A stretch of DNA of 40,111 nucleotides from the NCBI GenBank assembly GCA_964463455.1, contig CAYXCP010000001.1, forward strand, positions 16,800 to 56,910, written 5' to 3'. This document shows positions 39,599-40,111 of this stretch, one piece after another. How positions within the stretch are numbered: position 1 is the stretch's first letter; each line of letters opens with the position of its first letter. A program made the translations under genes and the position numbers. Below the pieces are notes generated by a model. That model did no database searches. It was not told where the DNA came from and saw only the letters and a list, made by a program, of their open reading frames with translations. The stretch comes from an uncultured Gammaproteobacteria bacterium (lineage in GTDB: Bacteria > Patescibacteriota > Microgenomatia > UBA1406 > GWC2-37-13).

Positions 39599-40111
39599 AT
39601 GAACCTAAACGCTGTACCTAATTTAAAGCCGATTCGTGACTATGATGAGCACGACGTAATTAACTTCTTCGCTCCTACGGGCGAACTCAAGAAGGGAACC
39701 TTCGTGACCCTTCTCAATACAAACTCTGGTAACACTAACATTGCTACTAGTGGTAATAGTCCGAAAACGCCTTATCAGTCTTCTGGTGGGTCATTTGGAC
39801 AGGTTCCTGGGCACGCCTACGGCGTACGCATGGACGTAAACTGGAAAATTAAAGAAGCCGTTTCCGGCGATCCTGTTCTTGGGGTACTTCTATATGACTG
39901 TGCCGAGAGCGATCAATGGGGGCTAAGCTATCGCTACCAAAAACAAACTGCGAGACACGAACAACAAGTTACACTTCCTGGTGAATCTTCCCCTGTTCTT
40001 ACTCGTGGTCTAATCTCCACAAACAACTTCCTAGGAAGTCCTGTGGCTGGTCAAGGTGCTACGGTGAGCGGTGGTAAGCTGGTTCCTGGAACATTTAGTA
40101 AGGGTAGCTCT
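39599..40111 (+). CDS. major capsid protein candidate (5' partial, runs off the window)
   Basis: ATG at 39599, open for 171 codons to the window edge. The call rests on its position after the protease/scaffold gene. Confidence 0.5.
   Translation, partial: MNLNAVPNLKPIRDYDEHDVINFFAPTGELKKGTFVTLLNTNSGNTNIATSGNSPKTPYQSSGGSFGQVPGHAYGVRMDVNWKIKEAVSGDPVLGVLLYDCAESDQWGLSYRYQKQTARHEQQVTLPGESSPVLTRGLISTNNFLGSPVAGQGATVSGGKLVPGTFSKGSS

Overview
This window looks like about 40 kb of a tailed dsDNA phage genome (Caudoviricetes). I found no rRNA, tRNA, CRISPR array, integrase or transposase. Positions ~3,150-40,111 are AT-rich and tightly packed. They hold a leftward block of small early-type genes (3150-10011: three tandem YopX paralogs, an ATP-grasp enzyme, Zn-ribbon proteins). 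Next comes a tail-fibre locus (10668-15483) containing two signal-peptide proteins. A mixed-orientation accessory region follows (15454-21039: FkbM methyltransferase, metallophosphoesterase, membrane-anchored PAS protein, fourth YopX, Cas4-like nuclease). The long rightward late block (21143 to the window end) encodes PhoH, a collagen-like/YjiK-like fibre protein, a sigma-like factor, a C2H2-ERCC4 nuclease, TerL and portal. It continues with a lysis cassette, a large modular tail fibre, a Gly-rich beta-helix protein, a protease-scaffold fusion and a truncated capsid gene. Start codons almost never have a Shine-Dalgarno sequence, and the signal peptides look Bacteroidota-like, so a Bacteroidota-type Gram-negative host is a weak inference. 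The most unusual part is the left 2.9 kb. It is much more GC-rich and saturated with strand-polar direct repeats ending in GCAC, including a 35-bp tandem repeat cut by the window edge. These repeats surround and invade an AAA+ ATPase gene and a Pro/Ala-rich ORF. I read this as a candidate iteron-type origin or packaging/regulatory module of a kind I do not recognise. Other notable signals are a GTGTAA box 7-9 nt upstream of most non-overlapping late start codons and a small gene interrupted by one in-frame TAG. All functional calls rest on motif recognition by eye; no database search was run.
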